Notes: generated from the sequence alone by a model not told the origin. Counted from the stretch's first letter, positions 9,798 to 20,319 are shown. The stretch is 64,000 nucleotides of DNA from Pseudorhodobacter antarcticus (GCA_945862465.1 CAMAYO010000003.1:92-64091); one strand, 5' to 3'. Translations and numbers: made by a program.

Positions 9798-12581
9798 CTA
9801 TCCTTGCGCCCGTTCGGCCCCTTCGGCGATGGCCTGCCGCAGCTTACGGTCAAGGTTTTCTTGCCGGTTTTTGGCGTGCAGTTTCAGGCCGAACATGTCT
9901 TTGACATAAAAGGCATCGACCACCTGCGCCCCATAAGTCGCAATCACGGCCGAGGCAATGTAGATGTGATTGGCGGCCAAAGTGCGCGTCAGGTCATACA
10001 GCAGGCCGGGGCGGTCGCGGGTATCCACCTCGATGATCGTGTAGATTTCCGATCCTTCGTTGTCGAAGGTGATATGGGTTGGAAAGCGAAACTCGCGGTC
10101 TCGTTTCTTGACCTTGTCACGATCGGCCAAAGCGGTGCGCGGGCGCACCTCGCCTTTCAGGGTCTTGTCGATCATCGCCTGCAAGCGTTGCAGCTTTGAC
10201 GCTTCGTAGGGATGCCCTTCGATATCCTGCACCCAGAACACCGCCGTGGCATAGCCGTCTTTTGACGTATAGGTCCGCGCATCCACCACATTCGCCCCCA
10301 CCAAGGCCAAGGCCCCCGCAAGGCGCGAGAATATGCCCGGATGATCCACCAGCGCAAAGCAAGCGCGCGTGGCATCGCGGGTGGGTTCGGGATGCAGATC
10401 GATGCGGATTTCGTCGTTGGGCAGGTCTAGCAGCAAACGTGCAAAGGCTTCTTGCGTGTCCGTGCTAAGGCCGTGCCAATAGGGGTCGTAATGGCGGGCC
10501 GTTTCACGGGCAACCTGTGCTTCGGTCCAGTCGGCCAAGCGGGCGCGCAGGGCGGCACGGCTGTCTTCTACCGCCCGCTCGCGGCTGATGGTTTCAAGGC
10601 CACCTTCCAAGGCTTCAGCGGTCACATTGTAAAGCTGGCGCAGCAACATCGCTTTCCAGTTGTTCCACGTGCCCGGCCCTACGCCGCGAATGTCGCAAAC
10701 AGTCAGCACCGTCAGCAAATCCAGCCGCTTGCGGGTTTCCACGGCCTTGGCAAAGTCGCGCACCGTGCGCGGGTCGCCCACGTCGCGCTTTTGCGCCATG
10801 TCAGACATCAAAAGATGATAGCGCACCAGCCATTCGACTGTTTCAGTCTCTTCTGCCGACAGCCCCAGTCGCGGACATATCCGCCGCGCCAGTTGCGCGC
10901 CGATGATAGAATGATCTTCGGGCCGGCCCTTACCAATGTCATGCAGCAGCAGGGCCACATAGATGATCCGACGATTGACCCCGTCTTTCAGAATGCCGCT
11001 GACCACGGGCAATTCTTCCACCAACTCGCCCCGTTCGATCTGCGCAAGGCACGAGACGCATTGGATGATATGCTCGTCCACCGTGTAGTGGTGGTAGACG
11101 TTGAACTGCATCATGGCGACGATGTTTTCAAACTCAGGGATAAAGGCCGAAAGCACCCCCAGTTCGTTCATCCGCCGCAGGGGGCGTTCGGGGTTGCCAT
11201 GATCCAGCAGAAGGCTAAGGAAAATCTTCGCCGCTGCCGGATCGTCACGCATATGATCGTCGATTAAATGCAGGTTTGACGCCAAAAGCCGCATCATGTT
11301 GGGGTGCAGCAAATAGCCGGTGCGCAGCGCCTCTTCAAAGACGCGCAGGATATTCAGCGGGTCTGACAGGAACTTTTTCGGGTCCGCCGCATCCAAACGG
11401 CCTTGCAGCACTTTGAAGCCAGCGGCCACTTTACGGCTTTTCAAAAAGCCGATGATGCGGGCTTCGGGCTTGGCGTGGCGGGCTTCTAGCTCGGTCAAAA
11501 AGATGCGGGTCAACTCGCCAACACGGGTGGCGTGTCGGAAATAATCCTGCATGAAATGTTCCACTGCGCGTCTGCCGCCAACGTCGCGGTAGTTCATCCG
11601 CGCTGCCACCTCGACCTGTAGGTCAAAGGTCAACTGGTCGGTGGTGCGCTTTGTGATGTAGTGCATATGGCTGCGCGCGGCCCAAAGAAAGTTTTCGGCG
11701 CGCTGGAAGATGGCGAATTCTTCGCCCGTCAAAAGCCCCGCCCCCACCAAGCCCTCGGCCGAGGGCACGCGGTGCAGGTATTTGCCGATCCAATACAGCG
11801 TTTGCAAATCGCGCAACCCGCCCTTGGCCTCTTTCACATTGGGTTCCAGCACATAGCGCTGCCCGCCTTGGCGCTTGTGGCGTTCGGCGCGTTCGGCCAG
11901 TTTGGCGTCAATAAACTCGCGCCCTGTGGTGCGAAACAGGTCAGACCAAAGCTTGTCGTCCAACTCTGCTGCAAGGGCTGCATCGCCCGTGACATAGCGG
12001 TGTTCCAAAAGGGCGGTGCGGATGGTGATATCCTCGCGCCCAAGACGCAGGCAGTCTTTGATGGTGCGGCTTGAATGGCCGACTTTAAGCTTCAGGTCCC
12101 AAAGGATATAAAGCAAAGTTTCAATCACGCTTTCGGCCCGTGGAGTGATTTTCCACGGGTAAAGAAACAGCAGGTCTACATCCGATTGCGGCGCCATTTC
12201 TGACCTACCAAAGCCGCCTACCGCCAAAACGCACAGACGTTCGGAGTCGGTTCTGACTTGCAAAGGATGCAGCGCCTCTGCCGCCTCATAGGCCAGCAGC
12301 AGCACGCCATCGGTCAGGCGCGCTTGGGAATGGATCAGCGGCAAGGCGTTGCGCGGGTCAAGGGCAAAGGCACGCTCTAGGGTGGCGTTGGCTGCCCCCT
12401 TCGCCTCGGCCAAGATGCGGGCCACTTGGGTGCGGGCTGTGCGCGTGTCGGGCTTGTCCGCACAGGCTGCAGCGATCATTGGGCGCAGGGCGGCCACATT
12501 GAGAACGGCGTCTTGGGGCAGCAACAAGGGCGCATCCCGCAGCGGCTGTTTGACAGATGCGCCTGTGTCTTCGGCCCCCAC
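9798..12581 (-). CDS. glnD: [Protein-PII] uridylyltransferase
   Basis: AVGGFGRSEMAPQSDVDLL, EPNVKEAKGGLRD, HHYTVDEH, LLHDIGKG HD domain, two ACT domains. Start approximate (GTG 12581). Confidence 0.96.
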   Translation of the reverse strand: MGAEDTGASVKQPLRDAPLLLPQDAVLNVAALRPMIAAACADKPDTRTARTQVARILAEAKGAANATLERAFALDPRNALPLIHSQARLTDGVLLLAYEAAEALHPLQVRTDSERLCVLAVGGFGRSEMAPQSDVDLLFLYPWKITPRAESVIETLLYILWDLKLKVGHSSRTIKDCLRLGREDITIRTALLEHRYVTGDAALAAELDDKLWSDLFRTTGREFIDAKLAERAERHKRQGGQRYVLEPNVKEAKGGLRDLQTLYWIGKYLHRVPSAEGLVGAGLLTGEEFAIFQRAENFLWAARSHMHYITKRTTDQLTFDLQVEVAARMNYRDVGGRRAVEHFMQDYFRHATRVGELTRIFLTELEARHAKPEARIIGFLKSRKVAAGFKVLQGRLDAADPKKFLSDPLNILRVFEEALRTGYLLHPNMMRLLASNLHLIDDHMRDDPAAAKIFLSLLLDHGNPERPLRRMNELGVLSAFIPEFENIVAMMQFNVYHHYTVDEHIIQCVSCLAQIERGELVEELPVVSGILKDGVNRRIIYVALLLHDIGKGRPEDHSIIGAQLARRICPRLGLSAEETETVEWLVRYHLLMSDMAQKRDVGDPRTVRDFAKAVETRKRLDLLTVLTVCDIRGVGPGTWNNWKAMLLRQLYNVTAEALEGGLETISRERAVEDSRAALRARLADWTEAQVARETARHYDPYWHGLSTDTQEAFARLLLDLPNDEIRIDLHPEPTRDATRACFALVDHPGIFSRLAGALALVGANVVDARTYTSKDGYATAVFWVQDIEGHPYEASKLQRLQAMIDKTLKGEVRPRTALADRDKVKKRDREFRFPTHITFDNEGSEIYTIIEVDTRDRPGLLYDLTRTLAANHIYIASAVIATYGAQVVDAFYVKDMFGLKLHAKNRQENLDRKLRQAIAEGAERAQG

Positions 12582-12583
12582 CG

Positions 12584-13780
12584 TTAGAATCCAGCCCGAC
12601 CCGAGGCAGGCCCGCCGCCAAAGCTGCGCGGGGCGGGGTCGATGACGGTGACCTGTTGGTTGACAATTTGCGCCACGGCCAAGCCGCGCTCGTTCGTGCC
12701 GTTGGGCAGGAATCGGAAGATGCCGTTCACGCCCACAAAGCCTGCGCCCTGCGTCAGGCCACTGGGGCCCAGCGCGCCGAGCCCACTTTGGTTGACCAAG
12801 GCCCCGATGGCGGCCATGCCGTCGTAGGCAAGGCCCGCCGTGGCATGGGGTGCGGCCCCATAGGCCGTTTGATAACGGCCCAGAAACTGCTGCGCCAAGC
12901 CGGGGTCTGGCAGGGCAAACCAACCGCCCTGCACGCCGGGTTGGGTCAAGTTGGCCAAGGGAATATCCCAGCGCGTCAGGCCAATATACTGCGTGGTCAG
13001 GGGATCAACCCCGTTTTCCATCAGCAACTGGGTAAGCAGGGGCAAAGCGCCGCCCGTATCAGCTGTCAGGAAAACCGCCTGCGCGGTGGAGGATTTGGCC
13101 GAAGTGGCGATATCGCTCACCGCTTGAACAATGCCGTTCTGGCTGAATTGATAGCTGCCCATCGCCGCCACCGACCCGCCGGTGGAGACGACGGCCGATT
13201 GGATGGCCGCTTTGCCCACCTCTCCCGCGGCGGTCTGGTCAGACACAACCATGATCCGCGTCAGCCCCTTGGTCACAGCGTAAGAGGCCAAGCGATTGGC
13301 CGTGCTGTCAAAGGTTTGGCCCAGAATAAAGACATTGCCCCCCGCGATGGCGGGATTGTTGGAAAAGCTCATCACAGCCACGCCGCGCCCTGCGACGGCA
13401 GCGCCAGCCTTGTTCGCCTCAGCCCCGTAGAAGGGGCCAAGGATGATCGTTGCCCCGTCATCCACGGCCTTACTGGCCATGGCGGCAGCAATATCGGGGT
13501 TGGCTGCGGTGGCATAGACGCGCAGGTCAATATGCACCGCGCCCAGATCAGCCATGGCCATCCGTGCGGCATTTTCCAAGCCGGTTGCGATCAGATCATC
13601 GCTGGCCTCGCCCGAACCTGACGGGACCAGCAGCGCCACAGCGACCGGCGTGCCGTTGTAAGCGCCCGTGGCCTGCCCCGAGGGCGCGCCGCTTTCGCAG
13701 GCACTCAGCAAGACCAAACTGGCCAGACCTGCGGCCAAAGCGCCAAGGCGCAGGGCAAAACGGGCAAAAAAGGCTGGCAT
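12584..13780 (-). CDS. Penicillin-binding protein activator (LpoA/LppC-like lipoprotein)
   Basis: Lipobox LLSAC, VALLVPSG, ILGPF, GVNGIFRF..GTNERGLAV. Divergent from rsmI as in the conserved yraLMN arrangement. Confidence 0.85.
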   Translation of the reverse strand: MPAFFARFALRLGALAAGLASLVLLSACESGAPSGQATGAYNGTPVAVALLVPSGSGEASDDLIATGLENAARMAMADLGAVHIDLRVYATAANPDIAAAMASKAVDDGATIILGPFYGAEANKAGAAVAGRGVAVMSFSNNPAIAGGNVFILGQTFDSTANRLASYAVTKGLTRIMVVSDQTAAGEVGKAAIQSAVVSTGGSVAAMGSYQFSQNGIVQAVSDIATSAKSSTAQAVFLTADTGGALPLLTQLLMENGVDPLTTQYIGLTRWDIPLANLTQPGVQGGWFALPDPGLAQQFLGRYQTAYGAAPHATAGLAYDGMAAIGALVNQSGLGALGPSGLTQGAGFVGVNGIFRFLPNGTNERGLAVAQIVNQQVTVIDPAPRSFGGGPASGRAGF

Positions 13781-13914
13781 CGAACACTCCTGACCTGCGG
13801 CGGGCGTGGGATATGGCGGCTAATGCCACCCAAATCCCCTCGCCCCTTGACGCAGGGCAGAGTAAGCGGAACCACAGATGATGTAAACTTGGGCGAAGGC
13901 GAAGGACGCAGATC

Positions 13915-14784
13915 ATGAGCAGTTGGACGCAAGGCCTCAATGCCATTCAACCGGGCCTGCACTTTGTGGCAACGCCCATCGGCGCTGCCCGCGATATCAC
14001 GCTGCGCGCGCTGGATATTCTGGCGGGCGCAGATGTTCTGGCCGCAGAAGACACCCGCACCTTGCGCCACCTGATGGAGATGCACGGCGTGGCGCTGAAC
14101 GGGCGGATGGTGCTGGCCTATCACGACCACAACGGCGACCAAATGCGTCCCCGCCTGATCGAGGCGCTAAAAGCCGGAAAATCAGTGGCCTACGCGTCAG
14201 AAGCGGGCACGCCGCTGGTGGCAGACCCAGGGTTTCAATTGGCGCGGGCGGCGATAGATGAAGGGCTGACCGTGCTGGCCGCCCCTGGCCCCTCGGCGCT
14301 GTTATGCGCGCTGAGTGTCTCAGGATTGCCCACCGACCGCTTCTTTTTCGCAGGCTTTCTGCCACCCAAATCTGCCGCCCGAAAGACTTCGCTGCGCGAT
14401 TTGGCGCAAGTGCCCGGATCGATCATATTTTATGAATCTCCTAGAAGAATTGATGCCTGCCTTCGTGATATGATTGAGACACTTGGGCCAAATCGGCAGG
14501 CTGCTATCTGCCGTGAACTGACCAAGCGATTCGAAGAAATCCTGCGCGGCACTTTGGCCGACCTGTCCGAAAGTTTGGCTGGGCGGGATTTAAAAGGGGA
14601 AATCGTGGTGGTGGTGGATCGGGCAGACCCCGTTCCAGCCTCTGCCCAAACTGTGGAAGATGCCTTGCGCGAAGCTTTGAAAACCCTGTCGAGCAAAGAT
14701 GCCGCAGCCCAAGTGGCGCAAGCCTTTGGCCTCACGCGCCGCGATCTTTATCAACTGGCCCTGAGCTTGGGGCAGCGGCCATGA
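13915..14784 (+). CDS. rsmI: 16S rRNA (C1402) 2'-O-methyltransferase
   Basis: VATPIG...DITLRAL, AEDTR, SEAGTPLVADPG, CRELTKRFEE. Confidence 0.96.
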   Translation: MSSWTQGLNAIQPGLHFVATPIGAARDITLRALDILAGADVLAAEDTRTLRHLMEMHGVALNGRMVLAYHDHNGDQMRPRLIEALKAGKSVAYASEAGTPLVADPGFQLARAAIDEGLTVLAAPGPSALLCALSVSGLPTDRFFFAGFLPPKSAARKTSLRDLAQVPGSIIFYESPRRIDACLRDMIETLGPNRQAAICRELTKRFEEILRGTLADLSESLAGRDLKGEIVVVVDRADPVPASAQTVEDALREALKTLSSKDAAAQVAQAFGLTRRDLYQLALSLGQRP

Positions 14785-15146
14785 CCCGCGCTGAACGCGG
14801 CAAAACCGCTTATAACGCTGGCCTTGCTGCTGAAGACCAAGTGTCGCGGTTGTACGATCGGACAGGCAGACCCGTCATCGCGCGGCGTTGGCGCGGCAGC
14901 ATCGGCGAAATCGACTTGATTGCCCGCGAAGGGGCCACGGTTGTTTTCATCGAGGTCAAGAAAAGCACCACCCATGCCTTGGCCGCTGAACACCTGACAT
15001 GGGCGCAGGCGCAGCGCATCATGGCGACTGCCACCGAATTTGTCGGTGGTGAACCTGCGGGCCAGTTGACTGACATGCGCTTTGATGTGGCCTTGGTCGA
15101 CGGGCAGGGCCGGATCGAGATTATTGAAAACGCACTGGCTGCGTGA
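14781..15146 (+). CDS. yraN: YraN-family (UPF0102) endonuclease-like protein
   Basis: G..AE, GEIDLIA, VFIEVK PD-(D/E)xK pattern, MRFDVA. Confidence 0.9.
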   Translation: MTRAERGKTAYNAGLAAEDQVSRLYDRTGRPVIARRWRGSIGEIDLIAREGATVVFIEVKKSTTHALAAEHLTWAQAQRIMATATEFVGGEPAGQLTDMRFDVALVDGQGRIEIIENALAA

Positions 15147-15150
15147 TCAA

Positions 15151-15178
15151 TTGCATCTGGCCGCGGGCTGGGTCATTT
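15151..15178 (+). promoter_or_regulatory. Candidate RpoH-type promoter of gshB
   Basis: TTG-N18-GTCATTT; same spacing as the motifs upstream of nifU and the dioxygenase. Confidence 0.3.
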
Positions 15179-15203
15179 AGGGGGCCAGATCAAGGAGACG
15201 ATT

Positions 15204-16154
15204 ATGGCCCTGAAAGTTGCTTTGCAGATGGATCCTATCGGGTCTGTGAACATCAATGGTGACAGCACGTACCGCATCGGCCTTGAAGCCCAAGCGCGCG
15301 GGCACAGCCTGTTTTACTACGCCCCCGACCGTCTGGCCTTTGTCGAAGGGCGCGTGATTGCGCGGGGTTTCCCTATCGAGCTGCGCCGCGAGCAAGGCAA
15401 CCATGTCACCTTCGGCCCCGAGACAGAAGTGGATCTGGCCGATATGGACGTGGTTTGGCTGCGCCAAGACCCGCCCTTTGACATGGGCTATATCACCACC
15501 ACGCATTTGCTGGATATGATCCACCCCAAGACCTTGGTCGTCAACGACCCCTTCTGGGTGCGCAACTGCCCTGAAAAGCTGTTGGTGCTGCAATTCCCCG
15601 ATCTCACCCCGCCCACCGCCGTCTCGCGCGATTTGGCCACGATCCGCGCCTTTAAGGCCAAGCACGGAGACATTATCCTCAAGCCTCTGTACGGAAACGG
15701 CGGGGCGGGCGTGTTTCGGCTGGATCCGAACGATCGCAACCTGTCTAGCCTGTTCGAGCTTTTCACATCGATGAGCCGCGAGCCTTTGATTGTGCAGAAA
15801 TTCCTGCCCGATGTCGCCAAGGGCGACAAGCGGATCATCTTGGTGGACGGTGAGCCCGTGGGCGCGATCAACCGCGTGCCCCAACCCGGCGAGACGCGGT
15901 CTAACATGCACGTCGGCGGGCGGCCGGAAAAGATCGGCCTCACCCCCCGCGATCTGGAAATCTGCGCCGCCATTGGGCCTACCTTGCGCGAAAAGGGTCA
16001 GGTTTTTGTCGGCATCGATGTGATCGGCGATTGGCTGACCGAGATCAACGTGACCTCTCCTACAGGCATCCAAGAGCTTGAGCGGTTTGACGGCACCAAC
16101 ACCGCCGCCCGCATCTGGGAAGTGATCGAGGCCAAAATCGCCGCCCGCCGCTAA
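15204..16154 (+). CDS. gshB: Glutathione synthetase
   Basis: [43 protein letters not shown]. Confidence 0.97.
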   Translation: MALKVALQMDPIGSVNINGDSTYRIGLEAQARGHSLFYYAPDRLAFVEGRVIARGFPIELRREQGNHVTFGPETEVDLADMDVVWLRQDPPFDMGYITTTHLLDMIHPKTLVVNDPFWVRNCPEKLLVLQFPDLTPPTAVSRDLATIRAFKAKHGDIILKPLYGNGGAGVFRLDPNDRNLSSLFELFTSMSREPLIVQKFLPDVAKGDKRIILVDGEPVGAINRVPQPGETRSNMHVGGRPEKIGLTPRDLEICAAIGPTLREKGQVFVGIDVIGDWLTEINVTSPTGIQELERFDGTNTAARIWEVIEAKIAARR

Positions 16155-17665
16155 CCCTTGGCCGCACTGCCCAGCCTGTAGCTGACCGCTTCGGCCACAT
16201 GCGGGCGCTTCACCTCCCCATCACCGCCCAGATCGGCGATGGTGCGCGCCACGCGCAAAATCCGGTGATAGCCCCGTGCCGTCAGGCCAAAGCGTTCCGC
16301 CACCCGCGCCAGCAACTCGCGGCTTTCGGCATCGGGGCTGGCGATCTCCTCCAAAAGCGCGCCTTCGCTGTCGGCGTTCACCCGCACCTTTGGATGGTTC
16401 TTGAACCGCACCGCCTGCACCGCCCGCGCCCGCTCTACCCGCGCCGCGACGATGGAGGAGGCCTCGCCCGTGGCAGGCAGGTCAAGGTCGGTATAGGCTA
16501 CGGGTGGCACATCGACGCGCAGATCGAAGCGGTCCATAAGGGGGCCTGAAATCCGCCCCAAATACTCTTCACCACACAGCGGCACCCGTGCGCAGGCCCG
16601 TGCAGGGTCGGTCATATAGCCACATTTGCACGGGTTCGCGGCGGCGATCAGCAAAAAGCGGCAGGGATAGCGCACATGGGCATTGGCCCGCGCCACCACG
16701 ATATCGCCCGTTTCAATCGGCTGGCGCAGGGTTTCCAACACGGGTCTTGGGAACTCGGGGAACTCGTCTAAGAACAGCACCCCGTTATGGGCCAAGCTTA
16801 CCTCCCCCGGCTTGGCCCCCTTCCCCCCGCCCACAATCGCCGCCATCGAGGCTGTGTGATGCGGCTCGCGAAACGGCCGAGCGCGGTTGATCCCGCCCTC
16901 GCTGAGCAACCCCGCCAGCGAGTGGATCATCGAGGTTTCCAACGCTTCCCCCGCCGAAAGCTGCGGCAAGATCCCCGCCATCCGCGCCGCCAGCATCGAC
17001 TTGCCCGATCCCGGAGAGCCGATCATCAGCAGATGGTGCCGCCCTGCTGCGGCAATTTCCAAGGCCCGCTTGGCGCGTTCCTGCCCCTTTACATCGCGCA
17101 AATCACGCCCCGCAGGTTCAGCCAGCACTTCGCCCGCTTGTGCAGCGGGCAAGGGCTGCCGCCCTGTGAAATGCGCCACCACCTCGCCCAATGATCCTGC
17201 AGCCCAAACGGTGGTGGCCCCAACCCAAGCGGCCTCTGCCCCGCACGCCTTGGGGCAGAGCAGCGCCTTGCCTTCCGCCGCTGCCGCGACTGCCGCTGGC
17301 AAAGCGCCCAAGACGGGCATCAACCGCCCGTCCAATGACAATTCGCCAAGGCTCACCACCCCTTCGACCGCGTCCTTGGGCAATATCTCAATCGCGGCCA
17401 GAACCGCCAAGGCGATGGGCAGATCGAAATGCGATCCCTCTTTGGGCAGGTCGGCGGGTGAAAGGTTCACCATGATCCGCTTAGAGGGTAAGGCGATGGC
17501 CATCGCATTCAGTGCCGCCTTTACCCGCTCGCGCGCTTCGGACACGGCCTTGTCGGGCAATCCCACCACGCCGAAATAGGGCATTCCGGGCGCTACGGCA
17601 CACTGCACCTCGACCAAGCGGGCATCAACCCCTTCAAAGGCCACCGTATAGGCAAGTGCCACCAT
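16151..17665 (-). CDS. comM: YifB/ComM Mg-chelatase-like AAA+ ATPase
   Basis: [68 protein letters not shown]. Confidence 0.92.
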   Translation of the reverse strand: MVALAYTVAFEGVDARLVEVQCAVAPGMPYFGVVGLPDKAVSEARERVKAALNAMAIALPSKRIMVNLSPADLPKEGSHFDLPIALAVLAAIEILPKDAVEGVVSLGELSLDGRLMPVLGALPAAVAAAAEGKALLCPKACGAEAAWVGATTVWAAGSLGEVVAHFTGRQPLPAAQAGEVLAEPAGRDLRDVKGQERAKRALEIAAAGRHHLLMIGSPGSGKSMLAARMAGILPQLSAGEALETSMIHSLAGLLSEGGINRARPFREPHHTASMAAIVGGGKGAKPGEVSLAHNGVLFLDEFPEFPRPVLETLRQPIETGDIVVARANAHVRYPCRFLLIAAANPCKCGYMTDPARACARVPLCGEEYLGRISGPLMDRFDLRVDVPPVAYTDLDLPATGEASSIVAARVERARAVQAVRFKNHPKVRVNADSEGALLEEIASPDAESRELLARVAERFGLTARGYHRILRVARTIADLGGDGEVKRPHVAEAVSYRLGSAAKG

Positions 17666-17708
17666 TCCCCATCCCCGCTTCCCCAGACCCTGTGGTAGCG
17701 CCAGATTG

Positions 17709-17724
17709 GTTAACGAAGGGTAAA
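17709..17724 (-). promoter_or_regulatory. CtrA-like box upstream of comM
   Basis: TTTA-N7-TTAAC on the minus strand (one mismatch to TTAA-N7-TTAAC), followed by GCTACCAC 10 nt after the second TTAA. Confidence 0.5.
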
Positions 17725-17810
17725 CTGCGCCTTCATCGAGGTGCAAATACTTCAAGGACGTGCGGGTGTGTGAAACCCTCGCGGCTTCGGTGGGGCTGTA
17801 GAACGCAGCC

Positions 17811-18677
17811 TTAGACCCGCGTCAGCGCCATAAATTCAGGCCAAGCCTCGGGGTCGGCTGCGGTTTTGTCGCGGCAAAAGGCGTTGCAAAAGCCAAAGCG
17901 GTGGCCCTTCAGGTCTAGCACATGGGTCACGGGGCGGCCCGAATAGGGACAAGCGGCGTTTTCGGCCTGAGTGCCAGACACGGCATAAGCCGCCAAAGGC
18001 GTCGGTCCCGGCCAAGGGCGTTGAGGCCAAGGGCGGCGGTAATAGTCTTGATCCGCCCCGTCCACCTGCGCCATCGCCCGCCAGCGGCGGAACGAAGGGT
18101 GGCCCAGATGGGCTTGCACATAGGCCATCGCTTGAGGCGAAACGGGCAGATTATAGCCCGCAATCCGCGCAGCCACGGGCGCATAAAAGGCATCTGCTGC
18201 GGAATAGTCCCCTGCCAGCCAAACCCCGCCCGTCTGCGCTTTGGCCCAAGCCCAAACGGTTTCCAGCCGCGCCAAATCGGCCAGAACCTCGGCAGGCGGC
18301 GCGCAATCGCTATAGCTGACCCGCAGGTTCATCGGGCAATGGCTGCGCAGCGCGCCAAAGCCTGCGTGCATCTCGGCCGCGACCACCCGCGCCGCCGCGC
18401 GCGCCTTGGGGTCTTGCGGCCATATCCCCGCTTCTGGGTGGCGCGAGGCCAGTTCTTCCGCAATCGCGATGGTTTCAGGCACCACAACCCCATCGGGCGT
18501 ACGCATCGTGGGGGCGGTTTTGGCGGGGGCATAATCGCGCAGCATATTGGGCAGCTCGTCGCTATAAAGCCGCGCCAGATGGGTTTTTACGGGAATGCCA
18601 AAGGCATCAAACAACAGCCAGCCGCGCAGCGACCAACTGGAATAGGCGCGATCCCCAATCACCAGATCATAGGTCAT
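17811..18677 (-). CDS. Glutathione S-transferase with C-terminal YHS/TRASH-like extension
   Basis: YSSWSLRGWL, ETIAIAEEL, AEMHAGF.ALR..CPMN, ADAFYAPV; tail CPYSG...GFCNAFCRDK. Confidence 0.88.
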   Translation of the reverse strand: MTYDLVIGDRAYSSWSLRGWLLFDAFGIPVKTHLARLYSDELPNMLRDYAPAKTAPTMRTPDGVVVPETIAIAEELASRHPEAGIWPQDPKARAAARVVAAEMHAGFGALRSHCPMNLRVSYSDCAPPAEVLADLARLETVWAWAKAQTGGVWLAGDYSAADAFYAPVAARIAGYNLPVSPQAMAYVQAHLGHPSFRRWRAMAQVDGADQDYYRRPWPQRPWPGPTPLAAYAVSGTQAENAACPYSGRPVTHVLDLKGHRFGFCNAFCRDKTAADPEAWPEFMALTRV

Positions 18678-18719
18678 TTTGATGTCTCCAATCTCTTCCA
18701 CCCGACGGGGGGTTTGCCG

Positions 18720-19286
18720 CTAAAAGGTCGCTTCAAATCCATCGGGAAGGTGCCCCTTCAAAACCATAGGCAACCCCGCCATCACGCCCATCACCAAGCC
18801 CGCTGCCCCCGCAATCTGCTGGTTTAACCGCCCCTGATGATCGCGAAAGGCCCGCGCCAGCGCATTGTCCGGCACGATCCCCCAGCCCACTTCGTTCGAC
18901 ACCACCACAACGGGGGCTTTGCACGCCGCCAGCGCCGCCAAAAGCCCTGCGCATTCTTGCGCGACATCCGCTTCGGCCAGCATCACATTCGTCAGCCACA
19001 GGGTCGCACAATCGAGCAAGACCACATGGTCCGCAGGCAGGTTTGCCAGCACTGCCGCCACATCGCGGGGCGCTTCGTGGGTGATCCAGTCACCGCCGCG
19101 ATCCTGCTGATGCGCTGTAATCCGCGCCCGCATTTCATCATCCCAAGCCTGCGCCGTGGCGATGTAATGGCGTGTCCGTCCGCTCGACGTGAGCAAACGC
19201 TCGGCCAACCGCGATTTGCCTGATCGCGCTCCGCCCAGAACGAGGCTGAGGCTTGGTAATTTTTGTGCGCTTTGTGATCCAATCAT
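18720..19286 (-). CDS. cobU: Adenosylcobinamide kinase / phosphate guanylyltransferase
   Basis: VLGGARSGKSRLAE, EM..RI..HQ..R, LLDCATLW, VVSNEVGWGIVP. Confidence 0.94.
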   Translation of the reverse strand: MIGSQSAQKLPSLSLVLGGARSGKSRLAERLLTSSGRTRHYIATAQAWDDEMRARITAHQQDRGGDWITHEAPRDVAAVLANLPADHVVLLDCATLWLTNVMLAEADVAQECAGLLAALAACKAPVVVVSNEVGWGIVPDNALARAFRDHQGRLNQQIAGAAGLVMGVMAGLPMVLKGHLPDGFEATF

Positions 19287-19300
19287 AAAGCGGCCTCGTA
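19275..19300 (+). promoter_or_regulatory. RpoE (sigmaE/ChrR)-type promoter of rpoH2
   Basis: TGATCC-N15-TCGTA matches the recalled Rhodobacter sphaeroides sigmaE motif and lies about 70 nt upstream of an RpoHII-like gene. Confidence 0.6.
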
Positions 19301-19367
19301 ACATGATTAAAGGTTTCCGGCAAATGCGAAGCCGCCTGTGACGGCGGATCAATTTGGGACAGATGAT

Positions 19368-20246
19368 ATGGCGCAAGAACAGTTTGCTGACTTTCGGCTG
19401 ACCTCCAAAGCCCGCGCTGCTGCCCTTTTGGGGGCGGAGCAAGAGGCCAACTTGGCCCGTGCTTGGCGCGACAATCGCGATAAGGCGGCTTTGGATACCC
19501 TGATCACGGCCTATATGCGATTGGCCCTGTCGATGGCTGCTAAGTTTCGCCGCTACGGTGCTGCCATGCCTGACCTTACGCAAGAAGCCGCCATGGGCCT
19601 GATGAAAGCTGCTGAAAAGTTTGATCCAGATCGCGGGGTGCGCTTTTCGACCTATGCGATGTTCTGGATCAAGGCGCAGTTACAAGACTATGTGATGCGC
19701 AACTGGTCGATGGTGCGGACTGGTTCCACAACTTCGCAAAAGTCGCTGTTCTTCAATATGCGCCGTGTAGAAGCCCGTTTGATGCGCGAAGCCGCCGCCG
19801 AAGGCCGTGTGCTGGAAGGCCAAGATCTGCGTCAGGCTGTGGCGGTTGAATTGGGCGTGCCACTGGGCGATGTGGCGATGATGGACGGCAGGCTTTCAGG
19901 CTCTGACGCCTCGCTGAATGCCACGCAAGCGTCTGATGAGGACGGGCGTGAGTGGATTGACGTGCTAGAGGATGACAGCACCCAAGCCGCCGACCGCTTT
20001 GCCACCACCCATGACCGCGCCGTGCTGCGGGATCATTTGACCTTTGCGCTGAAATCCCTGTCACCACGCGAACGGATGATTGTGCGCGAACGCCAGTTGG
20101 TCGAAGCGCCGCGCACGCTGGAATCCTTGGGGCAAGAGCTGAAATTGTCCAAAGAGCGGATCCGTCAGCTAGAGGCCGCAGCTTTTGCCAAACTGCGCCG
20201 CGCTTTGGAAGCGCAGGGTGCCTCGCCGCGCGAGTTTTTGCGCTAA
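19368..20246 (+). CDS. rpoH: RNA polymerase sigma-32 factor (RpoHII-like)
   Basis: KFDPDRGVRFSTYA.FWIKA, RpoH box MRNWSMVRTGSTTSQKSLFF, TLE.LG.EL.LSKERIRQLE. The RpoH2 paralog call rests on the box variant. Confidence 0.9.
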   Translation: MAQEQFADFRLTSKARAAALLGAEQEANLARAWRDNRDKAALDTLITAYMRLALSMAAKFRRYGAAMPDLTQEAAMGLMKAAEKFDPDRGVRFSTYAMFWIKAQLQDYVMRNWSMVRTGSTTSQKSLFFNMRRVEARLMREAAAEGRVLEGQDLRQAVAVELGVPLGDVAMMDGRLSGSDASLNATQASDEDGREWIDVLEDDSTQAADRFATTHDRAVLRDHLTFALKSLSPRERMIVRERQLVEAPRTLESLGQELKLSKERIRQLEAAAFAKLRRALEAQGASPREFLR

Positions 20247-20319
20247 GCCGTGGCCCTGCGCGCCAAGGGTTGAGTTCGCCCTGCGCCGCCCGTAACCTTG
20301 CGCTATCCAAGGGGGCCTC

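Noticed and set aside
12582-12923. N-terminal extension of glnD in the ORF track
   Set aside because: It overlaps the lpoA-like gene in another frame and reads as low-quality Arg/Pro-rich sequence.
14413-14440. dif (XerCD) site within the AT-rich patch
   Set aside because: Only TTATG of the XerD arm matches, the XerC arm lacks ATAA, and it lies inside a conserved gene.
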